Below are positions 18,032-28,900 of a DNA stretch of 64,000 nt, piece after piece. Every line of letters starts with the position of its first letter. The stretch's first letter is position 1. Source of the stretch: a virus; the IMG/VR virus record IMGVR_UViG_3300029911_000010, positions 32,001 through 96,000 of that record; one strand, given 5' to 3'. A model generated the notes under the pieces. It did no database searches. It saw only the letters and a list, made by a program, of their open reading frames with translations, and was not told the origin of the DNA. Position numbers and translations under genes: made by a program.

Positions 18032-19441
18032 CTATTGATGCTGACGGGCGGCGTGCAGCTTGTCCAGTATAGCCTGGGCTTCGGGATGTTCCTGCATGTA
18101 CTGTTGATGTGACGCCAAAGTGGCATTGCGCTGTTGTACGTACGGATCGTAGCCTTTACCTAATAGCAACGGACCTGCCAGCGTCGCCGCAATCTGCGCT
18201 CCCGTACCGCCTCCACGACTCCACAGACTGGGTTTCGCAAGACCACGGCCAGCTGATAAAACACCAGGCAGAGCTTCACCGTGAATACCGAGCGGCAGCT
18301 CGGCATTAACGTTTGCCATAATATCAGTCGGGAACGGGCTCTTGGGGTCGGCGGCCAAACGTTGCACGGTATTCAGAATGCCGGCTGACTGAGGCGTCGG
18401 CGCAGCCGGACCGGTAGCCATGTGGTCGTTGAACAGCCGGTGAAAAGCGTCTGCTCGGGTGGCGTAGTCTGGCATGTTCGATCCCGAACCAACGCCGCCT
18501 TGCTGTTCGTGATCATACAGATCACGGAGAAACTGCGTAGCACTGGCGACGTGGTTGGCCCGCGTCTGCCCAGTCGAGTTGGCCAGCATCGTTGATTTGG
18601 ACATATCGCCCAGCCCGTGCGATGCAGCTGTGTCTTGCAGCAATTTGGTCTGCTCTGGCGTGAATTTAGAGTAGTCGCTCACCGGTGAGCTGGGATTCAT
18701 GGCCCGAATTGCCGCAAGCTGCACGTTACGACCGCCATCTACGAGCGTCTTATAAACGGCAGGCGGTACTTTGCCTTCAATACCTTTCATGAACGCGTCG
18801 GTGTTGACCATTGAGTCTATGCCGCCTCTTAGCCCCAGCCAGTCAACACCCTTATGCAAGTTGTTCATGGCCGCGTTGTAGGCCGGGCGACCGACTAGAT
18901 TCCAGCTGGCAAGACCGCCGATACCTAAACCCACGTTAGATCCGGCGTTGCTGATCATGTCGTTAAGACCACGCGGAAAATCAGTCATTAGCTTGACGGC
19001 GTTGGAGTGCCCTTGCCAGGCTGCGTCCTGTTGTGCGTTGTTGAGTTCCTGGGCTTGCTGCAAATTCTTCGTGGCTGAACCATCCGGCGGGTTCATGTAA
19101 TTGCCCAGCTGCTTCAAGCCGTAATGCAGACCGCCGCCGATGGCACCGCCGGCCAAAGCTCCGGTCAAGGCGCTGCGCCACGGATGCTTTTCGCGTCCGG
19201 GCTCGTCGTTCATGTAGTCGCTGGCCATGCCAATGCCGCCGCCGATGCCGGCACCCGCCAGACCAGCCAGCAGTGAATCGCCACCGACAGCGTACGGATT
19301 TGCCGGTGCTGCCGGTGCTGCCGGTGCTGCCGCACCGGTCTTTTTCAGGCCGGCCTTTTTAACCATCCGGACGGCGCAGGCTCGCTTGGCCAGAATGTCG
19401 CTGGCTTCCTTGACGGTCATGTTTTTTAAGTCAAGCGGCAT
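18032..19441 (-). CDS. Putative internal/ejected virion protein with glycine zippers
   Basis: N-terminal K-x-A cluster, GLAGAGIGGGIG and GALAGGAIGGG segments. Confidence 0.6.
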   Translation of the reverse strand: MPLDLKNMTVKEASDILAKRACAVRMVKKAGLKKTGAAAPAAPAAPANPYAVGGDSLLAGLAGAGIGGGIGMASDYMNDEPGREKHPWRSALTGALAGGAIGGGLHYGLKQLGNYMNPPDGSATKNLQQAQELNNAQQDAAWQGHSNAVKLMTDFPRGLNDMISNAGSNVGLGIGGLASWNLVGRPAYNAAMNNLHKGVDWLGLRGGIDSMVNTDAFMKGIEGKVPPAVYKTLVDGGRNVQLAAIRAMNPSSPVSDYSKFTPEQTKLLQDTAASHGLGDMSKSTMLANSTGQTRANHVASATQFLRDLYDHEQQGGVGSGSNMPDYATRADAFHRLFNDHMATGPAAPTPQSAGILNTVQRLAADPKSPFPTDIMANVNAELPLGIHGEALPGVLSAGRGLAKPSLWSRGGGTGAQIAATLAGPLLLGKGYDPYVQQRNATLASHQQYMQEHPEAQAILDKLHAARQHQ

Positions 19442-19447
19442 CTGATC

Positions 19448-20854
19448 CTACTTTTTGACGTTGCCCGGCTGCGGAGCTGCCGGCTTAGGCATCGGGTCAA
19501 CAGGAGCCGGCTGGGTATCCTTGAGACCTTTTTCAAGATCCAGCATCTGCCCGTGCTCGAACGGTTGGACGTTGCCCTGGAGATATCGCTGCAGATGCGA
19601 ACGCATGAGCGCCGGCTGAGAAGCGGCACGGGGCGTAAGCCGCGAGATCTCGTTATAGGCGTGCAGCACTTCGTCGGGTTCATGACCACCGATCACGGGA
19701 TCATTCATCATGTCAGACAGCATCGACTGTGTCTGAATCTGCTGCAGCTTGGCGGCATGCCTGGGATCTTCCAGTTCTTCATAGGGTCCGGCTACTGGAT
19801 CACCGGACTCCTGCTTAAAAGGGTTGAGAACTTCTCCAAACAGATTCTTGGCGTCGCTGACCATGTCCATCAGCTTGATCGGCGTGGCTGCCGACTTAGT
19901 CAATAGATTGAACGACGCGTCCTTGACTGGTCCGTGAATCAGCGGACCCAGGATATCCTGCTTGTGGATTTCGGCCGCCGTCTTGGCGGCGGCTTCCGCA
20001 TTGCGAAACTGGATGACGTCCTTGGCCAGCTTGACGCAGCGGGTCAGCGCCGACCAGGGCATCTGTTGCGGCTCGACGGCGACGACCTGCTTGCCCCAGT
20101 TGACGCTGTCGCCTCGAAGCGAGTTCTCGGCCATCTTGTTACGAGTGAATACCCAGTCCATCACCGCCTGGCCGTTGGCACCGTGATAAACTTCGGCGGT
20201 TTTTTCCACCAGGGCGAAAGGCAAATGCCGCTCCGGCGACTGACGGAAGTAGTCACCTAGTTCGCCCATGGCTCCGATCAGCTTCTGGTAAGCGTCGCTG
20301 GCGTTGACGCGGGCGTCAGCCGCCTGCTTGGTCAACTTCTCGTCCAGACCCATCGCCAGCGACAATGCCGACTTCTTGGGACACGTGCAATGCTCCATCG
20401 GACGATGGCATTCTTTGCAGTGGTCAGCCGTCTTGAGCAGGCCGGCCACCTGGATTGAAGCCGCCTTGATCATCGACACGTTCGGCTGGCGGAGATTGTG
20501 ATCAAGGAAGAACGCCGGGCCACTGCCATACTCGTTTGACACGGTGGCGTAAGCCTCGTCGGCTGCCGTCTTGACCTGCTTGGGCCAGATGCGATCGATT
20601 ACCTGGTCGGGATCTGCCAGGGGAAAGTCGGCGAACTTTTCCAGGGCATTGTCGTTCTCCTGCCGCTGGTAAGTCTGCCGCCCGGTGTTGTAGGCGTACG
20701 ATGCAAAGCGAACCATGTCCGGACCCCAGCTGGAGTCGCGGGCGATCTTCTCGATCGCATCGACAGGAGACATCTCGTCTTCATCGACCAAGGTCACTGC
20801 TTGCTTGACGGCAAGAATGACTTTGTTTTCAGCTTCCTTGCTGAGCGTCTGCAT
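19448..20854 (-). CDS. Putative internal head protein (about 12 K-x-A motifs)
   Basis: LSKEAE, VKTAAD, IKAASI, LKTADH, TKQAAD, EKTAEV, TKSAAT; SD in TGGTC-AGGAG-GACCA hairpin (20857-20871). Confidence 0.7.
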   Translation of the reverse strand: MQTLSKEAENKVILAVKQAVTLVDEDEMSPVDAIEKIARDSSWGPDMVRFASYAYNTGRQTYQRQENDNALEKFADFPLADPDQVIDRIWPKQVKTAADEAYATVSNEYGSGPAFFLDHNLRQPNVSMIKAASIQVAGLLKTADHCKECHRPMEHCTCPKKSALSLAMGLDEKLTKQAADARVNASDAYQKLIGAMGELGDYFRQSPERHLPFALVEKTAEVYHGANGQAVMDWVFTRNKMAENSLRGDSVNWGKQVVAVEPQQMPWSALTRCVKLAKDVIQFRNAEAAAKTAAEIHKQDILGPLIHGPVKDASFNLLTKSAATPIKLMDMVSDAKNLFGEVLNPFKQESGDPVAGPYEELEDPRHAAKLQQIQTQSMLSDMMNDPVIGGHEPDEVLHAYNEISRLTPRAASQPALMRSHLQRYLQGNVQPFEHGQMLDLEKGLKDTQPAPVDPMPKPAAPQPGNVKK

Positions 20855-21908
20855 GTTGGTCCTCCTGACCAGTCGGCTTTCTCGGCGCTGGCAATGCCAG
20901 TTTCTCGATGCCGTCCATTGTACGCGGTTTTCGCCCAGACGAAAGTTCGAGCATTTCGTGGGTACGCAGCTCTGCGGCCGCGTCGTCGTAACGTTCCACC
21001 GGTTTGCCAGTAATCAGCTTCCTGCCCTTTTCACCGACCGCCCAGTTCAATCCTTTGAGCGTGGCGGCGATGTTGCTGAGCAGCTGGCTTTGCGGCACAC
21101 CGTCGCCAGCCGCCGCTTGTTCCATGGTCTTGATTTGTATATGCACCTGAAACAGATCCATGACATTGAAGCGATTGACTTCGAAATTCTGCGCAGCCAT
21201 CGCTGAGCGGTGCTTCAAACGAGTAAACGTATGATTGTCCAACCACGGAGCAACGTCGTCCTTGCCCTGGGCGATTACGCCTTTGTGGAATCCGCACTGC
21301 AGGATGTAGTCCAACACCGCAGGCCCGCCGAAGTAGGCGAACATTTTGGTCGTCGGGTCGAAAAACGGTTCACTCAGCGGCGAGCGGCTGAACGTCATCA
21401 TCTGCGGATTGTCGGGGTCATTATTGTTGTTGCGCTGCGGCTGATTCATCGTTTGATCCAGCCCGGCGTTGATGGCGGCTTCGTACGCCGGCATCAGCAC
21501 GCGGTCGACAATCCAGCCGGTGTTTTTCAACCGCCCACGCACGTCGAAGAACATGGCGGAATACCACCGAATCATCTCCGGTCGTGTACCCAGCTCGTCG
21601 GCGATGACCTGGTCGGTACAGCCGTTGAGAATGCGGGACTCGATGATAGTGATCATCCGGTTGTTGACCTGCTGCTCGGAGTACAGCTGGTAAGCCAGGA
21701 AGACCCCCAAGTCGCGCCAAGCCAGCTGCTCCCGCGTAGCCTGATCAGCCGAGCGGTATCGCAGCACGAATTCCCTGAACCGTCGGACGTACTCGTCGTC
21801 GCTCTTGACGCATCGCTTGACCGGCGTGTTGTCGATCATCTGCAACACACGATCAAACCGCCACCCTGGCGGTCGGAACGGACTGAATCTGTGAAACCTG
21901 ACTTGCAC
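20829..21908 (-). CDS. Hypothetical protein
   Basis: 359-aa ORF, GTG start after AAAGGT. Confidence 0.75.
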   Translation of the reverse strand: MQVRFHRFSPFRPPGWRFDRVLQMIDNTPVKRCVKSDDEYVRRFREFVLRYRSADQATREQLAWRDLGVFLAYQLYSEQQVNNRMITIIESRILNGCTDQVIADELGTRPEMIRWYSAMFFDVRGRLKNTGWIVDRVLMPAYEAAINAGLDQTMNQPQRNNNNDPDNPQMMTFSRSPLSEPFFDPTTKMFAYFGGPAVLDYILQCGFHKGVIAQGKDDVAPWLDNHTFTRLKHRSAMAAQNFEVNRFNVMDLFQVHIQIKTMEQAAAGDGVPQSQLLSNIAATLKGLNWAVGEKGRKLITGKPVERYDDAAAELRTHEMLELSSGRKPRTMDGIEKLALPAPRKPTGQEDQHADAQQGS

Positions 21909-21919
21909 GATTTACCTTT

Positions 21920-22264
21920 CTACGGTTGTTCACGAAAACATTCAGGCAGAGGAGCATCGAAAACTTTGAGCTTCGTGTTGGCCTCACCGACCAAGCGATC
22001 GAGAACGTCGGCATCATCACCCGGATTGGTGCCATCAGGCAGCCCGATCATAAAACGCGGACCACCGGGACTGAATACGTTAATCGTCTTGACCTTGTTG
22101 CGTCGTATGATCCGACCAAAGTTCCATTTCGAAGACGTCGGATCAGCTTCCAGCCATGTCATGATCTCCGGGGTGACTTCAACTTGTCGGTTGAACGGTT
22201 TGATAAAGTTTCCTTGTTCTGGAGCCAGTTCGCCACATTCGCGTGGGTCATTCCACCATTCCAT
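21920..22264 (-). CDS. Hypothetical protein
   Basis: GAGGAG RBS; 114 aa. Confidence 0.6.
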   Translation of the reverse strand: MEWWNDPRECGELAPEQGNFIKPFNRQVEVTPEIMTWLEADPTSSKWNFGRIIRRNKVKTINVFSPGGPRFMIGLPDGTNPGDDADVLDRLVGEANTKLKVFDAPLPECFREQP

Positions 22265-22282
22265 GGAAAACTCCTCTTAGTC

Positions 22283-22891
22283 TTAAGCTCCGGTACCGAT
22301 ACTTTCATGTGAGCGCACGGCGATGCGGTACGTGCCGGTTGCGGCCAGCTTGACGTACAGTTTACGGTTTACGCCGATGTTGCGGTTGGGCAGAGCGTCC
22401 TGATTTTTGAATGTGATATCCAAATTGGCGTGCAGCGGGCTCGCACCGGTGATGGTTGCAAACACCCGGTACAGTTCCTGCTCAGCCGAAGGAATCTGTA
22501 CTTGGGCAGTGCCGCCAACCGCGTCGGCCGTCCACGACTGGTCAGTGACGATGTTAAAGTCATCCACGACTTCCAACACCCGATGGCTGGTGTTGTAGCC
22601 GGACGTGGGGCTGCTGGCCACGACAACCACATCGCCTACCTTACAAGCCAGGGCGCTGTTGGGATTCATTTCAACGTAGCAATAGCCGTTGCCGTCGTTG
22701 GTGATCAGGTACACCGGCACGGCCACCAGCGGCGACGCGAACGCCCGGCTAAACAAATCGGCGGTCACGGTTCCGCCGCCGATCAGAATGATCGTGATGT
22801 AGTCCAACGTGCAGCGGCCGGGGTAAGACAAAGCCACGATCTGATTGGAGCCAACGGTGGTCACGGAAAATTCTTTTTCGTATGGCGTCAC
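22283..22891 (-). CDS. Beta-rich putative virion protein
   Basis: GTG start; SD in CTGGC-ACGGAG-GCCAG hairpin (22897-22912). Confidence 0.65.
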   Translation of the reverse strand: MTPYEKEFSVTTVGSNQIVALSYPGRCTLDYITIILIGGGTVTADLFSRAFASPLVAVPVYLITNDGNGYCYVEMNPNSALACKVGDVVVVASSPTSGYNTSHRVLEVVDDFNIVTDQSWTADAVGGTAQVQIPSAEQELYRVFATITGASPLHANLDITFKNQDALPNRNIGVNRKLYVKLAATGTYRIAVRSHESIGTGA

Positions 22892-23149
22892 TTGTGCTGG
22901 CCTCCGTGCCAGTGAAAGTAAAATGCGTCGGCAGCTTCGATAAGCGGGCCGCGAATTTCAGGGTGCAAATCCTTGAGTCGTTTAGACGACTTCTGACAGT
23001 TACAGGCTCGACACAACCGGACAGCGTTACCGGGTTTCAAGCCGTTTCCTCGCGATAACGGTCGAACGTGATCGGTACAGGTCGCGGTTGCTTTGACGTA
23101 TGACGGTCAAACGGCTGTACCTATCGTTGAGCAGGTCTAGTGCTTGCAT
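22888..23149 (-). pseudogene. Internally deleted HNH homing endonuclease remnant
   Basis: MQALDLLNDRYSRLTVIR N-terminus (DLxGxxxxRLTV-like) joined out of frame to DHVRPLSRG...NAVRLCRACNCQK. Confidence 0.7.
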
Positions 23150-23151
23150 GA

Positions 23152-25878
23152 TCAGTCTCCAGATTCTTCCATATCTGGGTCTTGTATTTCGTCGAGTCGT
23201 GGCTCGATTGTCTTCTCCTTTAGGAATAACACTATATCTGCGAGGCTTTCAAAGGCATTTCGCAGCGAATCTTCCATCTCCGGCAAAGAATTTTTGCCAT
23301 ACCGCTCCTTGAAATCATCTTGATGCCAGTAAAAAAGGAAGAGCAACCGGCCCAGCTTGTCGACGGCTTTCATCAGGTCAGGCAAGTGGCGGTCCACCAG
23401 CGAGTCCTGCCGCACCGACTTGAGCATGCCGGAGATCATCGAAGTGTCGAACACCTCTTTCTGCCCTTCCTGGCCGGCTTGCTGGGCAGTCTGCACCGCC
23501 TTCTGGTCGGGCATCAGGAATGGATCATAGATCCGAGGATCAGTCTGCGAGCTGTCCAACCCCGACACCGGCACATGCTCGCTCTGGGGATAGATGGCGT
23601 TGACTGAATTGTAGCCGACCTGTTCACTACCGTACTCGGGAGCCGGCATGACTGGGGCGTAGGGGCCACCGGACTGCAGATCGCCGCTGGGATAGTAGCC
23701 TGCGGTCTTTTCTCGCGGATAGCTCTTGGCGTATACGACGCGGTACTGCACCGGCGATCCGCTCATGCCGTTGCTGTGAACCTGGGCTTGCTTGAGCATC
23801 GCGGCTGCTTCGCTTTCGCCGAGCCCGTGATCGCGAATCAGACAGAACAGACCATGCCGCCACGGCATGCGCTCGCAGCCTCGCTTGATGGTCTGAATGG
23901 ACACTTCGCTGTGATCGCCCCACATCTTCATGGACGCGGTCTTGGTGGTGAACAGCAGTTGAATGTCACCGATGTCGCCGGGGACGATCGGCTTGGGGTC
24001 TGAGCCGTCTGAGTCCCAACCAACCGGGCCGCCGATACTGCTCTTGCTGGGACCGTCGCCGTCGTCTTTCTTGGGCTTGGGCGGATCTTTGAGCTTCATG
24101 AACTTGAAAGTATCGGGCACGTGCAACGTGCCGGCAGCCGCCCGCAACTTGGTGCCGGGGCGGTCGTTGATCACTAGCAAAGCATCGTAGTTGCTGACAT
24201 AGCCGCCGTCGCCGGAATAGGACGAAGGCTCAGTCACCTTGGGCAAACCGCTGGCACGCCCGGCTTTCCAGTCCTCGTAGCCCTTGAAGTCGACCTTGTA
24301 ACGCTTGTCCTCGTAAACCTTGCTGACAACAAACGGGACAGTGCCCTCTCCGGCCTGGTTGATCGCCAGGTAGGTGCCGCCCTTGGACAACGTCTCGGAG
24401 TTGCCCAGACCTTTGAACCATTCGCGGAAATCGTTCTCCGACTCGATTGTTTTGGTCCACAACGACGTGCGGTGACCGTTAAGCCACGACTTCTCGCCGT
24501 CGCCCAATCGCACCACCGTACAAAAGTTCTTTTGCCCGTCGTTGGCACTGGGGGCCTGGACCACCAGCATGCGGCCGAATTCGCCGGGCTTCTCCAGCAC
24601 TTCGTAGATGCCGGTCTCGTGCGGATTTGTCAGTTCCGTTCGCACTTGAGTGTTGTACGCATGGCTGATTTCGTCGCCCTTGCGCTCGTCCTTGACCAGA
24701 TAGCCGTGGTGCAGGAGCTTTTCTTTATCCTTCTCGGGAAGTTCCTTGTTGACCGTGAGGCTGACATCCGGGTCAGTGAGAATCTTGACCTTGGGCTTCT
24801 TGTCATCTTCGGGCGGCTGGGCTTCCTTAAGCAGCGAAAAATCCAGTTCACTTCGCGGCTTGTTCGGCGCAATGCGGGTTTCCCACTCGGCTCCTTTGAT
24901 CAGGCAGTTGGCGGCTTCCTCGGCTGCCTGCTTGATTCGCAGGCCGACGCGATGGAAGAAATCGCTGCCATAGAACTTATCGAAGGCGACCTTGATGCCG
25001 GGGTAGCGCTGGGAGATGTTGTAGGCTCCTTCCAGCAGGCTGACATCGGTCGCCAGGAAGTCTTCCAGCGACAGTGGGACGTCGGCTAAGGCCGCCTTGA
25101 CGGGGCTGGCGGGCAGCTTGCTGACGTCAACTTTGCGATCGGCCGGGGCGTTGGGCCATAGGAAGTTGGCTTGCTTGGTGGCAATGGCCGCCAGCAACGG
25201 CAGCGCCGGCACCGCCCAACCGGCCACGTCGCGATTGCCGACGCGGATGTAATCCGGCAGCGGTGATTCCGCAGACCGACCTTCGCGGGCGGCAGCAGCT
25301 TTGGCCTGTAGTCGCTCCAGAGCACTGCCGTATTTGTTGTGCGGCGGCGGATAGCTGAGACGTTCGATGTTGGGGGCAATGCCGCCCAGCTGCCAGGTAT
25401 CCTTGGCCGAGCCTTCGCCCAGGACGTGCGGCTTGCGGCTGAGGATGTAGTTGACCCAGTTTTCCTTCATGGGCACGAAGGAGTCCTGATTCTTGATATA
25501 CAAAAGCTCGTGGCCCTTGAGATCACCGTTGAGGAAGAAGATCGGGGCGTACAGCCACTGCTTGCCGATCTTGAAGCCGAACACGCCGACAGCCTTGGTG
25601 TTGTCGTCGTTGCGGTCGACCAGCTGGAAGCCGACGATGTAGTCGATCAGGCGGGGAGCCTTATCCTTGAGATAGGCATACCCAAGTGAAGAGAAGGATT
25701 GCTCAAAGCCCTGCTCCTGCTCGCCGCCGATGCTCGCCCATTTGATGCCGGGACCCTTGGCCAGTCCGCGAATGTGCATGACCAGCTGCAGCGGTGTCGC
25801 GTCGCTGGTGTAAAATTGACCGGCATCCGTAGCGTGCTTGATGAACGTAATGTGCTTCCGTGCAGTTGTAATTGCCAT
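23152..25878 (-). CDS. Large putative virion protein (908 aa, K-x-A motifs)
   Basis: IKHAT, IKWAS, IKQAA, LKEAQ, TKTAS, EKTAG; leader hairpin TTTTC-ACGGAC-GGAAA (25882-25897). Confidence 0.65.
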   Translation of the reverse strand: MAITTARKHITFIKHATDAGQFYTSDATPLQLVMHIRGLAKGPGIKWASIGGEQEQGFEQSFSSLGYAYLKDKAPRLIDYIVGFQLVDRNDDNTKAVGVFGFKIGKQWLYAPIFFLNGDLKGHELLYIKNQDSFVPMKENWVNYILSRKPHVLGEGSAKDTWQLGGIAPNIERLSYPPPHNKYGSALERLQAKAAAAREGRSAESPLPDYIRVGNRDVAGWAVPALPLLAAIATKQANFLWPNAPADRKVDVSKLPASPVKAALADVPLSLEDFLATDVSLLEGAYNISQRYPGIKVAFDKFYGSDFFHRVGLRIKQAAEEAANCLIKGAEWETRIAPNKPRSELDFSLLKEAQPPEDDKKPKVKILTDPDVSLTVNKELPEKDKEKLLHHGYLVKDERKGDEISHAYNTQVRTELTNPHETGIYEVLEKPGEFGRMLVVQAPSANDGQKNFCTVVRLGDGEKSWLNGHRTSLWTKTIESENDFREWFKGLGNSETLSKGGTYLAINQAGEGTVPFVVSKVYEDKRYKVDFKGYEDWKAGRASGLPKVTEPSSYSGDGGYVSNYDALLVINDRPGTKLRAAAGTLHVPDTFKFMKLKDPPKPKKDDGDGPSKSSIGGPVGWDSDGSDPKPIVPGDIGDIQLLFTTKTASMKMWGDHSEVSIQTIKRGCERMPWRHGLFCLIRDHGLGESEAAAMLKQAQVHSNGMSGSPVQYRVVYAKSYPREKTAGYYPSGDLQSGGPYAPVMPAPEYGSEQVGYNSVNAIYPQSEHVPVSGLDSSQTDPRIYDPFLMPDQKAVQTAQQAGQEGQKEVFDTSMISGMLKSVRQDSLVDRHLPDLMKAVDKLGRLLFLFYWHQDDFKERYGKNSLPEMEDSLRNAFESLADIVLFLKEKTIEPRLDEIQDPDMEESGD

Positions 25879-25947
25879 TGCTTTCCGTCCGTGAAAAGGG
25901 CATCAGTTTATTTCACTATAACAACCTACCGCCTAATGCTCCAAATA

Positions 25948-28900
25948 TCACGGGTTGTTACTGGCGGCTGGGTTCGGACGAACGACTCGCCCAATTTGCT
26001 GCCCCATCGAGTTTTGAGCTGTCCAATCGATCCAGGCCCCTGGTGTTTTAGCTGCCTGCTCTTCCAACTTGGCGACGCGAAATCGGTCAAAATCCCACAA
26101 TGTCTTGCGGGCAGCCTGTTGCCCGGCTCCGTGATCCGCCGATGCGAACATGTCTCGCGGGTCGGTTCCCCCGGACCATCCGCCGGCCGTGTCTTGTTGT
26201 ATGCGATCAGTGACGCGACGGGCTCCGCCGAATAACGCTTCGCCTAGACCGCCTCCGATAGTCTTGACGCCGGTTGTTCCAGTCGGCGTAACATTGGCCA
26301 GCGCTTTTACACCGGCAGGGATTTCAACGACTGGATTAAACGAATGACGCGTAGGAGTCATTCGCTTACTCTCGTCGTTGATCTGCATACCGGTGCCGAC
26401 TGCGTAGTTCACTCCCATGCGCAAAGGCATACCTTCGATCGACCCGTCCCAGTTGCTGACACCGGTATAGTCTGCTCCCCGATTCAACGCTACGCGGGCG
26501 TCTGTGCCGGCATCGCCGAAAACACGAGCAGGGATGAACGTCGTCGGCATGGCAGCTGTCATGCCAGTCATGCCCAAATTCATTCCATCACGCCAATTGA
26601 ACTTGCTTGGATCTTTCCACGTCTCGTCGCTGATAGGATCGATCAATGAACGATTGACCTCCTCGTTGGCCGCCACCGCCCCTTCGGTCGAATTTATCTG
26701 GTTGACACCTTCCATAACCCACGGAATATACGGACTTAACTTGTTCAATGCAGCACCGGTACGTGAAACGCCTCTGGCGAAAGGCGTCATCTTGGCAAAC
26801 TGTTCGACGTTTCTCGTAGCATTCCCTGTCCAGGCAAAACGACTCATCGGCATATATCCGCCGCTGGTGCCACGTGCCAGGTTGCTGCCTAACCGGTAAG
26901 TGTTGGCAGCTCCAGCCGCTGCCGGCGCTGCCATGCGATTCCATGCAACCAGACGAGCAGCGTCAACTGCGACAGGTGCCATCAATGTCATCCGACCGGC
27001 GTGCAACATTTGACTCGTGCGTTGATCGGATATACCGCGTTCACGCATCAGCTGATCGTATTTGGTAGACTTAGTCTGTTTCGTCAAATCCAGTAACTGC
27101 TCGGCCTGGTTTGTCGTCTGTGTAAGCTGATCCCACAGTTGTTTGCGTGTTTCGTAGTCAGCGCCGCTGGACTGGTTGTACTGCTGAATCAACTGATTTC
27201 GCTGTGCAACAGCGGCATTAAGCTGATTGTCCATGGCGACGATCTGAGGATCGGCTTTCATCTGCTGAGTCACCTCAGCCATAATTTTGAGAGTGTCCGG
27301 CGACGGCTGCGACTCTTCGGCGGCAGGAGTCGGAGTTGACGGAGTCGTAGCTGCCGGAGCAGGCGGTCCCATGACCGGGGCCGCCGGCGTCGGGGCCGGA
27401 GCCGCCGGCGCTACCACCGCAGGCTGCGGGGCAGGAACTGCAGGGACTGGCGTCGCGGGCGGGGTCGGACTTGCAGGAGCAACTGATGTCGACAACGGAG
27501 GTAGCTGAGGCCGAGATGGCTGCTTTGCCAGACTGCCGAGCCAGCGCTCGGGATTGTCGAGGTGACCGTCTGTTTCACGTTGCTGTCCTCCGAATAGTCC
27601 TTTTGTCAGCGAACCCAGAGCGCTGTAGTCCAAATTGCCAAAGATCGCCGCCGGAGCCAGCGGTCCCAGTTTGTTGATCAGCGGGGCTTCCATGCCCAGC
27701 ATCTTGCCCCCCATCAGCGAATTAGGGCTGTAGCTGTCAAAGAAGTGTTGCGGCTTGTACGGCTCGGGCTTCGGCGCTGCAGAAGCTAGCGGCGATGCTG
27801 GAGCGGTCGGAGCCGTAGGAGCTGAGATCGATCCGCCAGCCGGCTTGCTGCCGTCCGTGGCAGATCCCCCGGAGCCGCCGCTTAACTCGGCGCTGACTTT
27901 GAGACCAGCCTCCGGCGTGTGAATCAAGCCCTGCCGCCCAAAGTCTACTGCCTTAGCCAGGCTGGGCACGAAGCTGGTGCCTTCTTCGTCGCTGACTGCG
28001 CCGCGATGGGCAGCGTCCAGCAACGAGCCCTTGAGACCCGATCCATACATACGGACCATCCAGTCCGGGTCTTGTGCCAGGTTAGCCATGCCCCGAACCA
28101 TCTCGGCCTTGAAAGGCGGTGGCTTGTCGTGAACCTTGACCTTCTTGACGCCGAACTCCGCCAGATCCTTCTGCACGGACGGGCGGATCTTGGTGCCGAT
28201 CGAGTAATGCAACACCGGCTTCTCAAGATACTTGTCGCGGGCCAGCGACGGCTCTACATCCTGAGCGTCTTTGCGGGGTTCGTAGATGTGCTCCAGCGTT
28301 GAGTACGGCACCATGTCGTCGGGAACGTATTCGCCCATCTCATCCGTCAGTCGAACGTGATTGATCAGTCCACGGCTCAGCAGCTCGACGTTGCGGCGGT
28401 GAGCCTTGATGCCGGCGTTGCTCATTGCGTCGCCAAACACCTTGGTGAAGTACCGCCGGCCTTCGCCAATGCCCTTGTGTTCTACCACCTTGGCGGGATT
28501 GGGCCAGCCCTCGGAGATCACGTCTCCGGCTTCCACCCGGTCACCGGGGTTGACAGTGAGGTTATGACCAGCCGCAACGTAGTGTCGCTCGCCGCCGATC
28601 CAGGCGTACTTGCCGCCGGCCGGAGCATCTTCGGATCGTCCCACTGGTCCGTCCACTTCACTGTGAGTGGCACCGCCCTTGAACACTTTAGGCACCTGGA
28701 TCATCTGACTGATGGTATCAAAGCCGCTGACCGCCTTGCCCTCGCCGGCCACGCCGCCGGTGTGCTTGGAACTGAGCTGTGCCTGACTCAAAGGCTCGCT
28801 GAACGCCTGGACGGCGGCCAAGCCCGGCAACTCGCCCCTACCCGGCAGCGTACCGTTCTCCCGCACGCCGGCATCGCGGGCATAGATGCCACCTTCGATG

